A DNA stretch of 64,000 bases from Eledone cirrhosa (taxonomy: Eukaryota): contig OZ024748.1 of assembly GCA_964016885.1 (NCBI GenBank), positions 42,966,001 to 43,030,000 of the forward strand. Reading direction: 5' to 3'. The stretch's first letter is position 1. Each line of letters opens with the position of its first letter. Under the pieces are notes generated by a model. The model did not search any database. It was not told the DNA's origin and saw only the letters and a program-made list of their open reading frames with translations. Positions 53,612-64,000 of this stretch are shown here, in pieces. Position numbers and translations under genes: made by a program.

Positions 53612-53704
53612 ATTTATTCTTGTAAAGATATCCAGACTCACTTCTCTAAAATCAAAGATACTCTAGGTGACAGCAATAATGACTGGGAAAAAAGAGTTGA
53701 ATCT
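53612..53704 (+). CDS. CLASP: CLASP exon (start of TOG2)
   Basis: IYSCKDIQTHFSKIKDTLGDSNNDWEKRVES, similar to IYSSRDLEE...DWEQRV. Phase 0-0. Confidence 0.93.
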
Positions 53705-53850
53705 GTAAGATATGAAATATATTTATCAAATATTACCATTTTAAAACATTTGACATGGAGTTTAAACTTATAATTGATTCAATCTTCATTCACAATTGTT
53801 TAATAATTACCAAATAAATAAGGAAATCAATAAGACATTATTATATTTCA

Positions 53851-54035
53851 TTGGCAGTATCGGTAGAGGGTCGGACACCATGCTTTGACGCAAAGAGTTA
53901 CGGCCCTTTCCATTCTGAGTTCAAATCCCGCCGAGGTTAACTTTGCCTTTCATCCTTACGGGGTCAATAAAATAAAGTACCAGTAATACACTGGGTAATT
54001 GCTGGCCTTGTGCCTAAAGTAGAAACAATTATTAT
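53851..54035 (+). mobile_element. SINE family B
   Basis: A-box TGGCAGTATCGGTAG, B-box GAGTTCAAATCCC, ending GTAGAAACAATTATT. Confidence 0.85.
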
Positions 54036-55725
54036 TCTTTTCCTTGTACGACAACTACAGGAGAAGTACCTAGCTAAAAGTAAACCCCTCTACTTAGCTT
54101 TTGTAGACCTGGAGAAAGCCTTTGACAGTCCCCTGCTCCATTATCTGGTGGGCTCTTAGAAAACTAGGTGTAGATGAATGGCTTGTGAGAGCTATACAAG
54201 CTATGTAGAATGAAACAGTCAGTAAGGTTAGAATTAACAATGAATATTGTGAAGAATTTAGTGTAAAAGTTGGTGTTCACCAAGGCTCTGTCCTTAGCCC
54301 CCTCCTATTTATTATTGCCCTTCAGGCTATAACAGAGGAGTTCAAGACCGGCTGCCCATGGGAACTCCTATACGCAGATGATCTAACTCTCATAGCTGAA
54401 TCAATGGCTGAACTAGAGAAGAATTTCCAAACATGGAAGCATGGCCTAGAATCAAAAGCCTTAAAGTTAACTTGTCTAAGACTAAAGTCCTCGTTTGTAG
54501 AAAGGAAAATAAGGCACAGGTACCCTCAGGGAAATGGCCATGCTCAGTGTGTAGGAAAGGAGTAGGCAGAAATTCAATTTTATGTCCCAAATGCAAAGTA
54601 TGGGTACATAAAAGATGTATTGGGATTACAGGTAAACTATCTAAGAACGTAGACGTTATATGTGGCCGATACTCAGGTGCAGTGCAATAAGTAACAAGTG
54701 TCCACAGGATACTAGCTCCTTCTATTGCCCAGATGGTTCTATAGAAATACTAGACACTTTCCGTTACCTGGTTGATGAAATCAGCAGTGGTGGAGGGTGT
54801 TCTGAAAGTTCAGTAGCCAGAGTCAGAATGGGATGGAAAAAGTTCAGAGAGCTTATACCACTATTGGCCACAAAAGGTTTCTCTCTAAAAATGAAAGGCA
54901 GGCTGTATGATGCCTGCATACGAGCAGCAATGTTACATGGCAGTGAGACATGGGCAGACTGGAAAGGAACGAAGCTTGCATGTCCGTTGGATGTGTAATA
55001 GTAATATACGTGAACAGCAAAGCATAAATGAACTAAGTGAGAAATTAGGAATAAGAGGGATCAGATGCTGTTTACTCGCGAGAAGACTACGTTGGTACGG
55101 TCACGTGATGTGCATGAAAGACGACAGCTGTATAACAAAGTGCAGAGCAGTTACGGAGTAGGTAGACCCAGAAAAACCTGGGACGATCTGATAAATTCCG
55201 ACCGTACACACTTGCACTTCTCTAAGACAATGTCACTGGACCGAGATCTTTGGTGCTACTCAGTAATACAGAAGACCCGCCTTGCCTGTGTACAAAGCGA
55301 AACCTACAGTCAGTAGGCACCTCTTAACCAAATATACACCCCAATCCACTACCCCTACCCTATCCTCCCACTCCCACCAACACCACCCCCTCTCTATAAA
55401 TTTGGTACCACAACATCCAGTCCAAATAAATGAGATAATGAGATCGAGATCGTGTAGGTGTCACGACAAAAAACAAAAAAACAAAAAAAAAACACAGTCC
55501 ACGCTGTAATGTGGCCATGTAGGTAACACGGTAAAAAGTTCCCAGTTCTACACTGTAAATGTCGATGGTGTTAGGAAGGGCATCCAGCTGTAGAAAACCT
55601 GCCAGATAGTCCTATATGAGCGAGACACGGTCACCCGACCTACCTTGCCTCAAGTGGGACAACTCCTGTCTAACCCATGCTAGCGTGGAAGATGGATATT
55701 AAACGAAGATGATGATGATGATGAT
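54036..55725 (+). mobile_element. 5'-truncated RTE LINE (second subfamily), decayed
   Basis: FVDLEKAFD, GVHQGSVLSPLLF, LLYADDL, KWPCSVCRK, RLRWYGHV, 3' UTR and (GAT)n tail. Confidence 0.92.
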
Positions 55726-56123
55726 TAACTAGTTTATAACTGTATTTCTAATGTAATATAGCACACTTTAATTAAGGAAGGATTTAGAGAGATTTACTAA
55801 AATTATTATTTCATTATTTACCGTATATATTTGAATATAATCTGAGGTATTTGTAACTAAAAAAATCGCTGATAAGAAAGTCAGCTTTTATTCAGGTGTC
55901 AATATTTTGACAACTTTCACCAACTTCAAATTCTATGTAAATAAGTTTTGGATTTTTGCCCATTTCTCAGAATGGTGGGGTCAGCTTATATTTAAGTATA
56001 TATGGTAATTTGTTCAGGATCAAATTCTTATAGGTATAAAATTCTTTCGTTGCATGTTTGAGAATATTTAAAATATTCCTAAGTCTACATTTATTATAAA
56101 ATGAAGTATGTGTTTGTTTTTAG

Positions 56124-56269
56124 CTTCGTTTGGTGCGGGCATTATTAATAAGTGGAGCTGCAGATTATGAAGACTTTTATTCTATGTTACGCACTTTGGA
56201 ACCAGCTTTTAGCCTTGCTATCAAAGATCTACGGTCTCAAGTTGTGAGAGAGGCCTGCATCACTACATC
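56124..56269 (+). CDS. CLASP: CLASP exon (TOG2)
   Basis: LRLVRALLISGAADYEDF...KDLRSQVVREACIT, the CLASP signature. Phase 0-2. Confidence 0.97.
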
Positions 56270-56776
56270 GTAAGGGTTCTACATATCTCTCTCTCTCTCT
56301 CTCCATCACTCTACATCTCTCTCTCTCTCTCCATCACTCTCTCCATCTCTTCCTCTCTCTCTCCATCTCTTCCTCTCTCTCCATCACTCTCTCTCTCCAT
56401 CACTCTCTCCATCTCTCTCTCTCTCTCTTTCCATCTCTCTCTCTATCACTTAACATCTCTCTCTCTCTCTCCATCTCTCCCTCCACACACACACACCTGA
56501 TTCTATATGTTGTATTGTCTCTCTACAGCTATATATCTCTCCACCTCTCTCTCTCTCCACCTCTCTCTCTCCATCTCTCTCTCTCTCCCTCCAGACACAG
56601 CTGATTTAATATGTTGTATTGTCTCTCCATCTCTCCATCTCTCTCTCTCCCTCCACATACACACCTCATTCAATATGTTGTATTATCTATCTACAGCTAT
56701 CTCTCTCTCTCTCTCTCTCTCTATCACACCCTCCATACACACACCTGATTCAATATGTTGTATTATCTCTCTACAG

Positions 56777-56912
56777 CTATATCTCTCAACAACTTGGTAA
56801 TAAATGTGACCATTTTGCTGAAGCTATGTTGCAGAATCTTATTGCTCTTGTATCCAATACTGCCAAAGTAATGGCCACCTCTGGAGTCGTGTGTATCCGC
56901 TTTCTCATCCAG
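56777..56912 (+). CDS. CLASP: CLASP exon (TOG2)
   Basis: YISQQLGNKCDHFAEAMLQNLIALVSNTAKVMATSGVVCIRFLIQ. Phase 2-0. Confidence 0.96.
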
Positions 56913-57296
56913 GTATTTAAACATTTTACACCTTTATTTAATTATCTTTTTCTTGCCATCTTCAGTTGTGAGTGTCCACATTTTTTACTGTTCTTTTTTT
57001 CCTGCTAATTAGTCAGATATGGAAAGGTAACAGTCATGATGCTTTTTCAGGGCCTCCATGACTGGTGGAAGAGTGAGAGGGGAAGGTCTCTGATTGTCAT
57101 GGACCCTTTTTCAGGGCTTCCATGAATTATTACAAAATTTACTCTCATGTAGTTCGAATACTTTCTTTACAGAAAGTATTTTAATAATTTAACCATTTAA
57201 CTATTTCATTACTATATTTCTTATGAAATATACTGTATTTTAATTAATTAATGAAGAATTTGGAGGCATTTACTAAAATCATTATTTCATTATTAA

Positions 57297-57416
57297 GTTT
57301 ACGGCCATATCACGCTGAAAACACTGGTTCTCGTCTGATCACCGAAGTTAAGCAACGTCGAGCCTAGTTAGTACTTAGATGGGTGACCGCTTGGGAACCC
57401 TAGGTGCCGTAAGCGT
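57297..57416 (+). pseudogene. 5S rRNA retrocopy (full-length 120 nt, poly-A tailed)
   Basis: TACGGCCATATCACGCTGAAA...GATCACCGAAGTTAAGC...AGTACTTAGATGGGTGACCGCTTGGGAA...GCCGTAAGC. Followed by A17 instead of a T-run terminator, and present as a single intronic copy. Confidence 0.9.
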
Positions 57417-57435
57417 AAAAAAAAAAAAAAAAAGA

Positions 57436-57625
57436 GGGCAGTGAATTGGCAGTATCGGTAGAGGGTTGGACGCCATGCTTTCTAGCATAGTTACATCTCT
57501 TTAGGGTCTGAGTTCAAATCCCGCCATGGTTAACTTTGCCTTTCATCCTTACGGGGTCGATAAAATAAAGTACCAGTAATGTACTGGGTAATTGCTGGCC
57601 TTGTGCCAAAAGTAGAAACAATTAT
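57436..57625 (+). mobile_element. SINE family B fused behind the 5S copy
   Basis: Full head GGCAGTGAATTGGCAGTATCGGTAG through GTAGAAACAATTATT. Confidence 0.88.
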
Positions 57626-57839
57626 TTCATTTATTAAGATGGTATTTGTACCATATCAAGTGATTCTTATACCAAATTATGATTTTAATTGAAATAACTC
57701 TTTAACATGGATGGCTTTGTTTCACAGAACCTAGTGAAGTGTTAGGCAAAGTGGTATCTAAAGGGTTAAATATATTCCATATATTAGGATTGTAATGTAG
57801 ACATTTGTATAAATCTTGAATAATGATTATATATTTCAG

Positions 57840-57910
57840 TTCACTCATTCTTCTAAATTTATTCCTATAATAACGGGCAATTTTTCGTCAAAAAATTCCA
57901 TAATTCGAAG
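57840..57910 (+). CDS. CLASP: CLASP exon (TOG2)
   Basis: FTHSSKFIPIITGNFSSKNSIIRR, similar to HTHIPRLIPVITSNCTSKSVAVRR. Phase 0-2. Confidence 0.93.
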
Positions 57911-58123
57911 GTAAGTAACAAAATGTAATCTTTGATTAATTTTTTGGTATTTTATTAAACAAAGCATTAGATAAAGTAAATATTTAAAATCTAAATACAA
58001 TCAATATTTTATTCTGAATACCTCTGTTGTTTTAAGTATTTTACTGCATCGGGCTGACATTACGCATAAATTCTTACATTTAAAAAAAATTGTAAAGAAA
58101 TAAATACCTTGATCAAATTTGTT

Positions 58124-59097
58124 TTTACTGATCGACTGTTATTACTGATCGACTGTTATTACTGAGCGACCGTTATTACTGATCGACTGTTATTACTGAT
58201 TGACTGTTATTACTGAGCGACCGTTATTACTGATCGACTGTTATTACTGATCGACTATTATTACTGATCGGCTGTTATTACTGAGCGACCGTTATTACTG
58301 ATCGGCTGTTATTACTGAGCGACTGTTATTACTGATCCGCTGTTATTACTGATCGACTGTTATTACTGATCGACTGTTATTACTGATCGCCTGTTATTAC
58401 TGATCGGCCGTTATTACTGATCGACCGTTATTACTGATCGACTGTTATTACTGATCGGCTGTTATTACTGATCGACCGTTATTACTGATCGACCGTTATT
58501 ACTGATCGACCGTTATTACTGATCGACTGTTATTACTGATCGGCTGTTATTACTGATCGGCTGTTATTACTGATCGGCTGTTTTTACTGATCGACTGTTA
58601 TTACTGATCGGCTGTTATTACTGATCGGCTGTTATTACTGATCGACTGTTATTACTGATCGGCTGTTATTACTGATCGACTGTTATTACTGATCGACTGT
58701 TATTACTGATCGGCTGTTATTACTGATCGGCTGTTATTACTGATCGACTGTTTTTACTGATCGACTGTTTTTACTGATCGGCTGTTATTACTGATCGGCT
58801 GTTATTACTGATCGACTGTTATTACTGATCGACTGTTATTACTGATCGGTTATTTTTACTGATCGACTGTTATTACCGATCGACTGTTATTACTGATCGA
58901 CTGTTATTACCGATCGGCTGTTATTACCGATCGGCTGTTATTACCGATCGGCTGTTATTACCGATCGGCTGTTATTACCGATCGGCTGTTATTACCGATT
59001 GACTGTTATTACCGATCGACTGTTATTACTGATCGGTTATTTTTACCGATCGACTGTTATTACTGATCGGTTATTTTTACCGATCGACTGTTATTAC
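58124..59097. repeat. 17-bp minisatellite, about 57 copies
   Basis: Unit TTATTACTGATCGRCTG. Confidence 0.96.
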
Positions 59098-60259
59098 AGT
59101 TATTTTCTGCATCTAGGACTTTCACATTTTCAGATCTCTCACACATTTGGTGCTTTGATAATTCGTAAGATTTGTTTACATAGCTGTATGTTTTGGGTAC
59201 ATAAGGGTGGCCAGGTAAAAGACACACCATTACCTGGCACTGAAACAGTAAAGATGTTAGTGATTGTATATAATAATAATTTCTTTATTAGCCACACAGG
59301 GCTCACATTAAGGAAACATTAAAAACGGTACAGGACGATACAGTGTGTGGGGGGTGGGATATAAAATAAAATTTATGACAGAGACTACTACTAATAATCT
59401 AAACTAATCTAAAGAAAGGTCTACGGGACTGCGTACGGTTTATTTTTTTTTATCCCATTAGTAAAATAAGCTGGATTACTTTGAATAAATAATGAATGAA
59501 TATTACATAATTTATCTATTAAATTTCGTAAACAAAAATAATTTCGTAAAAATAGATAATTTAAAATTGACTTCTTTTCAAAGTTGTACTTCCGGTATAT
59601 CGTTGCCACCACCACCACTTCAACTACCATTTATATAGAAAGAGAGAGTGTGTGATGTCAACACTTCCGGTGGCGATCACTTAAATAAACATACTAATTT
59701 TCCGTCACTAATTTTCTCCTAATACAGTTTATATATAATATCGTCTTTTTTTAATGTATCATGGATTACGTTACTGATCACATAAGACAGTGTAACAACG
59801 TCTTCGTTCAATTTCTGTTTATATTGTCAATTACGATTTTATTTTTGTTGTATCATATCTACATGTATATATACTTGCGTATAATATCAATGTACACACT
59901 ACACATGCTAGCAGAAAACCACCCTGGTAGTAATAATAATAATAGTTTCTTTATTAACCATAGAGGGTTTACATCAAGAAAATGTCAGGTAAATAATAAT
60001 GATAATAATAATGATTTCTTTCTTTATTTATTTATTATTTATTTATTTATTATTTATTTATTTATTTATTTATATAATTATATATATATTTATATAATTA
60101 TATATTATCATTATATATTAATTTATATAATTTTATATCATTATATATTAATTTATATATATTTATATAATTATATATTATCATTATATATTAAATAATA
60201 ATGATAATAATAATGAAAATACATTGTAATTCTTTATATTTCTGTTTCGTTTCTGTCAG

Positions 60260-60397
60260 GTTGGTATGTGAATGTTTGAAACAAATTCTTCTAAGCTGGC
60301 CAACCCATATCTTAGAGAAACACATTGCAATACTTCAGGATGCTATAAAAAGGGGAATCAGTGATCCAGATTCAGAAACTAGGGCACATTCCAGAAA
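60260..60397 (+). CDS. CLASP: CLASP exon (TOG2)
   Basis: LVCECLKQILLSWPTHILEKHIAILQDAIKRGISDPDSETRAHSRK. Phase 2-2. Confidence 0.96.
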
Positions 60398-60816
60398 GTA
60401 AGTTACTTTGGTTGGAAACATTTTAACAAAAAAAATAAATATATTTATATACTCTTTTACTCTTTTACCTGTTCCAGCCATCCGGCTGAGGCCATGCTGA
60501 GGCACCGCCCTTGAAAAGTGAAATATATATATATAGTGTAGTTAATACAAAACATTGTGAGATATGTAATAAAAACCCCACATTTGAAAAGAAATATACT
60601 GGGTAAAACATTACTTTGTTCTGTTTTAGTCATCCTTTGCCCTTTGTATTTTCCTACTACGTTGTACCAGCTTTTTGTAAATTATCAGTCAGCATAAAGT
60701 GGGAAGTATTGGTAGATAAGGAAGTCAGGACCAAGTATGCAGATACGATTGCATCCAAATTCAGAGAACTCCCTGAGCAAATGGATGACAGCCTAGTAAG
60801 CTGATATTTAGTTAAT

Positions 60817-61082
60817 GGAGGTGCATGACCTAGTGGTAAGGTTGTGTGTTGTATTCTTGAAAAAAATAATTCATTTCACATTGCTCCAGTATACTCACTG
60901 GTGCCAAGCTGTATCAGCCATTGCCTTTCCCATGGACAACATCGGTAGCATGGGGCGCGGTGATTGCTATGTATGGATGATTGCTGGTCTTCCACAAACA
61001 ACCTTGCCCAGACTTGTGCCTAGGAAGGGAACTTTCTAATGCAAATCCCATGGTCATTTGTGACTGAAGGGTGTCTTTACCC
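60817..61082 (+). mobile_element. Older tRNA/CORE-like SINE (family C, inverted partial copy at ~50320-50460)
   Basis: Head TGACCTAGTGGTAAG, ATTTCACATTGCTCCAGT shared with family A, and body GCTGGTCTTCCACAAACAACCTTG. Confidence 0.65.
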
Positions 61083-61203
61083 TTATTTTTTCCAACAGAA
61101 CTTATTGGCTACTTTTGAAACCTTTAATTTCTTCTTATTTCTTCCAATCCAAACACATGTATTATACTCATGTAAATAATTGTATATAATTATTTTCCAA
61201 CAG

Positions 61204-61407
61204 AGCTTATTGGCATTTCGCTACACATTTCCGAGATCAAGCTGATGCACTGCTGAACTCATTGGATATTGCTAAACAAAAAGTGCTCCAAGGGGAGCTA
61301 AGTAATTCTTCCAGTAATAATTCTTTAAATAGTGCCGACTCTCTGAAGTTACCGGCATCGAGGTCACGTTCTGCTAGTCAAGATCGAATTGGTTTTGATT
61401 CTTTAAC
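61204..61407 (+). CDS. CLASP: CLASP exon (end of TOG2, start of Ser-rich region)
   Basis: AYWHFATHFRDQADALLNSLDIAKQKVLQGELSNSSSNNSLNS...SRSRSASQDR. Phase 2-2. Confidence 0.95.
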
Positions 61408-61500
61408 GTAAGTTATATAGATATTAATTTTTTTTTTATTCCTCAAAAATGTTTGAACTGTTTTTCCTTAATAAATAGTTTTCTGTTATATTTATCTGCA

Positions 61501-61534
<34 letters not shown>

Positions 61535-61767
61535 CACTCCTCATCTGTCATCTGTGACACCCTCATACCTCACCTGTGGCACCCTCATTCTTATCACCTG
61601 TGATACCTACCACCTGTAACACCTCACTCCTGTCACCTGTGATACTTACCACCTGTGGCACCATATCTAACCTGTGACACCTCACTCCTGTCACCTGTGA
61701 CACCCTCACACCTCTTATACCTTACATCATATCAGAAATCTCCTGACTGTAGCTATCTCTATTGTAG

Positions 61768-61823
61768 ACGTGGTGGTACCCGAAGATCAGTAACTTCGAA
61801 AGTCGCTCCAAGCCCACGACAAG
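61768..61823 (+). CDS. CLASP: CLASP small exon (Ser/Arg-rich linker)
   Basis: TGTAG acceptor and GTATGA donor. RGGTRRSVTSKVAPSPRQ is in phase with the previous exon. Confidence 0.7.
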
Positions 61824-62416
61824 GTATGACGATATTTCTTCTTAACTCCTTTCTTCTGGAAATTTCTTCTATGTAGTTTGTTTGTTTGTTACAGTTCGTG
61901 TGAATTGTTTTTTTTTTTAAAGAAATATTTTAGATTTTCGGTAAAATATTTTTCTACCTTTAAACAAAAAACTCAAAGAATAAACCAGGTGACTTTCTCA
62001 GACATTTTTTGATTTCGTTTTTAACATAAAGAAGTTTTTATTCAGCATTTTTTCTTATTTTTCTTATTTTTCATATCTTCTCATTCATCTTCACACATTT
62101 TATTTGTTTGCTAGCTTTTCTTTCTGCCCTAGATTTAAAAAAAAACAACACAAACAAAAACTATAATAAATGACTGAAAATCCCGAAATATATGTCAGTT
62201 AAAGGAAAGAAAGGACATTTAAGGCTTTCTTTCTCGCCGTTAGTAATATTCAGTTTCTTTTTTCATGCCCCTCATCCAGCAACACACCATAGACATATTG
62301 GTAGCAGTGGTGTTTGTAAGTATTTTTAGGTACTTTGTCATATCTGGCAAAACCTCTTGCTTTCTGCTGCTTCATTTGTCTTCTTCATAACCACACATTC
62401 TCATCTCTCATCTCTT

Positions 62417-62449
<33 letters not shown>

Positions 62450-62461
62450 ATATATATATAT

Positions 62462-62688
62462 AGTTTTAATATAGATGAGATTCTACAGGATTAGAACTGT
62501 TTCATTCTTTTGAAATCATCAGGAATCTGGGTATAAAGATTTATTTTTTGATACCCAGATTCCTGATGATTTCTAAAGAATGAAACAGTTCTAGTCCTGT
62601 AGAATCTCATCTATATTAAAACTTTTATACTCTATGTATTGAGTACCTTACTTACTGTGGTTACCTCCAATTCAACCCGGAATAACAT
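62462..62688 (+). mobile_element. Fold-back Penelope-like insertion (73-bp arms, 16-nt loop, tail) in (TA)n
   Basis: 62462-62534 is inverted against 62551-62623, with (TA)n on both sides. Confidence 0.72.
62557..62607 (+). ncRNA. Type I hammerhead ribozyme, canonical core
   Basis: AGAUUC CUGAUGA U UUC UAAA GAA U GAAAC AG...CU GUA GAAUCU. Stem I is 6 bp, stem III is 4 bp, and the predicted cut is after 62601. Confidence 0.82.
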
Positions 62689-62815
62689 ATATATATATAT
62701 ATATATATAGCATATTCTAATATCATTAGTTTTCGGAAAATTAATACTTTAATATTCCTCCTAGATTTTTTATTATTCGGTTCTCGTTTTTATCACTCTA
62801 TATCCAATTTATATT

Positions 62816-62852
<37 letters not shown>

Positions 62853-63184
62853 TTATATATATATGTATATGTACATACAAATATATCATCTCACTCATAT
62901 ATTATTCATTTCTTTATTTTACCTTAATTTCCTCCAATAACTTTAAAGTAGCCAGTAATTAGGTGACAATATTTCAACAGGGCCCTGACCTCCCCCTGCC
63001 TCTTATCCACAAACACAGGGCCGGATTTAATGGAGTGCAATTGCCCTGTACCCCACCAGCGATGGCCATAGCAATTTATTTGTGCCCTCAGTTGAGTTTT
63101 TAGTTTTAGGATGGTTAGAATTTTTTTATTTAATACCTGTATGTATAACTTTTCAATTCTAATGACTGAAACAAGTTGAATAAT

Positions 63185-63540
63185 AATAATTGTTTCTACT
63201 TTTTGGCACAAGGCCAGCAATTATCCCAGTGTATTACTGGTACTTTATTTTATCGACCCCGTAAGGATGAAAGGCAAAGTTAACCTCGGCGGGATTTGAG
63301 CTCAGATCATAAAGAGCCGTAACTCTATGCTGCAAAGCATGGCGTCCAACCCTCTACCGATACTGCCAAAATAATAATTGTTTCTTCTTTCGGCACAAGG
63401 CCAGCAATTACCCAGTGCATTACTGGTACTTTATTTTATCGACCCCGTAAGGATGAAAGGCAAAGTTAACCTCGACGAGATTTGAACTCAGAATGGCAAG
63501 GGGCGTAACTCTATACTTCAAAGCATGGTGTCCGACTCTA
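63185..63540 (-). mobile_element. Two tandem SINE family B copies
   Basis: Two reverse-complement copies at ~63185-63369 and ~63375-63540. Confidence 0.85.
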
Positions 63541-63999
63541 ATAATATACAAACACACACCAGAAAAAGTGTCAGAGAATGACAAAGCAACCATTCTCTGG
63601 GATATGCCAATATATACAGACAGAGATCAAAGCCAACTGACCAGATATAGTCAAAGACCATATCTTCCAAGGAAATCGAGAAACTATCCAAATATAAAGA
63701 TCTTGAGATAGAAATAACTCGAATGTGGAAAATGAAACCAAAAACAATACCTATAATAAAAGGTGTTCTAGGAATAATAAAAAAAAGCCAGACGAATACA
63801 TAACCAAAACCTCAGGAATTACAAATATATACAGTATACAAAAGATAGCAATAGGTACTGCACACATATTACAAAAAATACTATCAATACAATAGAAACA
63901 ACATCAGCACAAACTACACTGCACAGAGCTGTGCTCGGTAAAGCAGTAATGATGTGCAATAAAAATAATAATGGAAATAACAATAATAATAATAAAATA
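63541..63999 (+). mobile_element. 3' end of an RLE-type (R4/Dong-like) non-LTR retrotransposon
   Basis: HTPEKVSENDKATILWD...PDIV...EKLSKYKDLEIEITRMW...GTAHIL across frameshifts, ending in (TAA)n. Confidence 0.75.
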
Positions 64000-64000
64000 A

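Noticed and set aside
57297-57416. Functional 5S rRNA gene
   Set aside because: Solitary, poly-A tailed, lacking a T-run terminator, fused to a SINE, and with apparent transition substitutions.

Overview
Eukaryotic, AT-rich and repeat-dense DNA. The SINE, RTE and 5S sequences resemble those of a coleoid cephalopod, probably Octopus (inference from recall). The + strand carries part of a CLASP (CLIP-associating protein, Orbit/MAST) gene: a linker exon at 37.7 kb and eight phase-compatible exons at 52.7-61.8 kb covering TOG2 and the Ser/Arg-rich region after it. There is also a candidate alternative first exon (10.05 kb) and a candidate cassette exon (48.2 kb). The rest is intronic: satellites and minisatellites, decayed RTE LINEs with partner tRNA/CORE SINEs, hAT, piggyBac and mariner MITEs, Tx1-like and Dong/R4-like LINE ends, and a 5S rRNA-polyA-SINE chimera. 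The most striking signal is a set of unrelated Penelope-like insertions in (TA)n tracts with a shared design: fold-back inverted repeat, type I hammerhead ribozyme, unique tail. About ten hammerhead motifs can be folded by eye, and one element still has a GIY-YIG endonuclease fragment between ~1.2 kb inverted arms. Most ORF-track entries are microsatellite artefacts. Repeat boundaries are approximate and no database searches were run.
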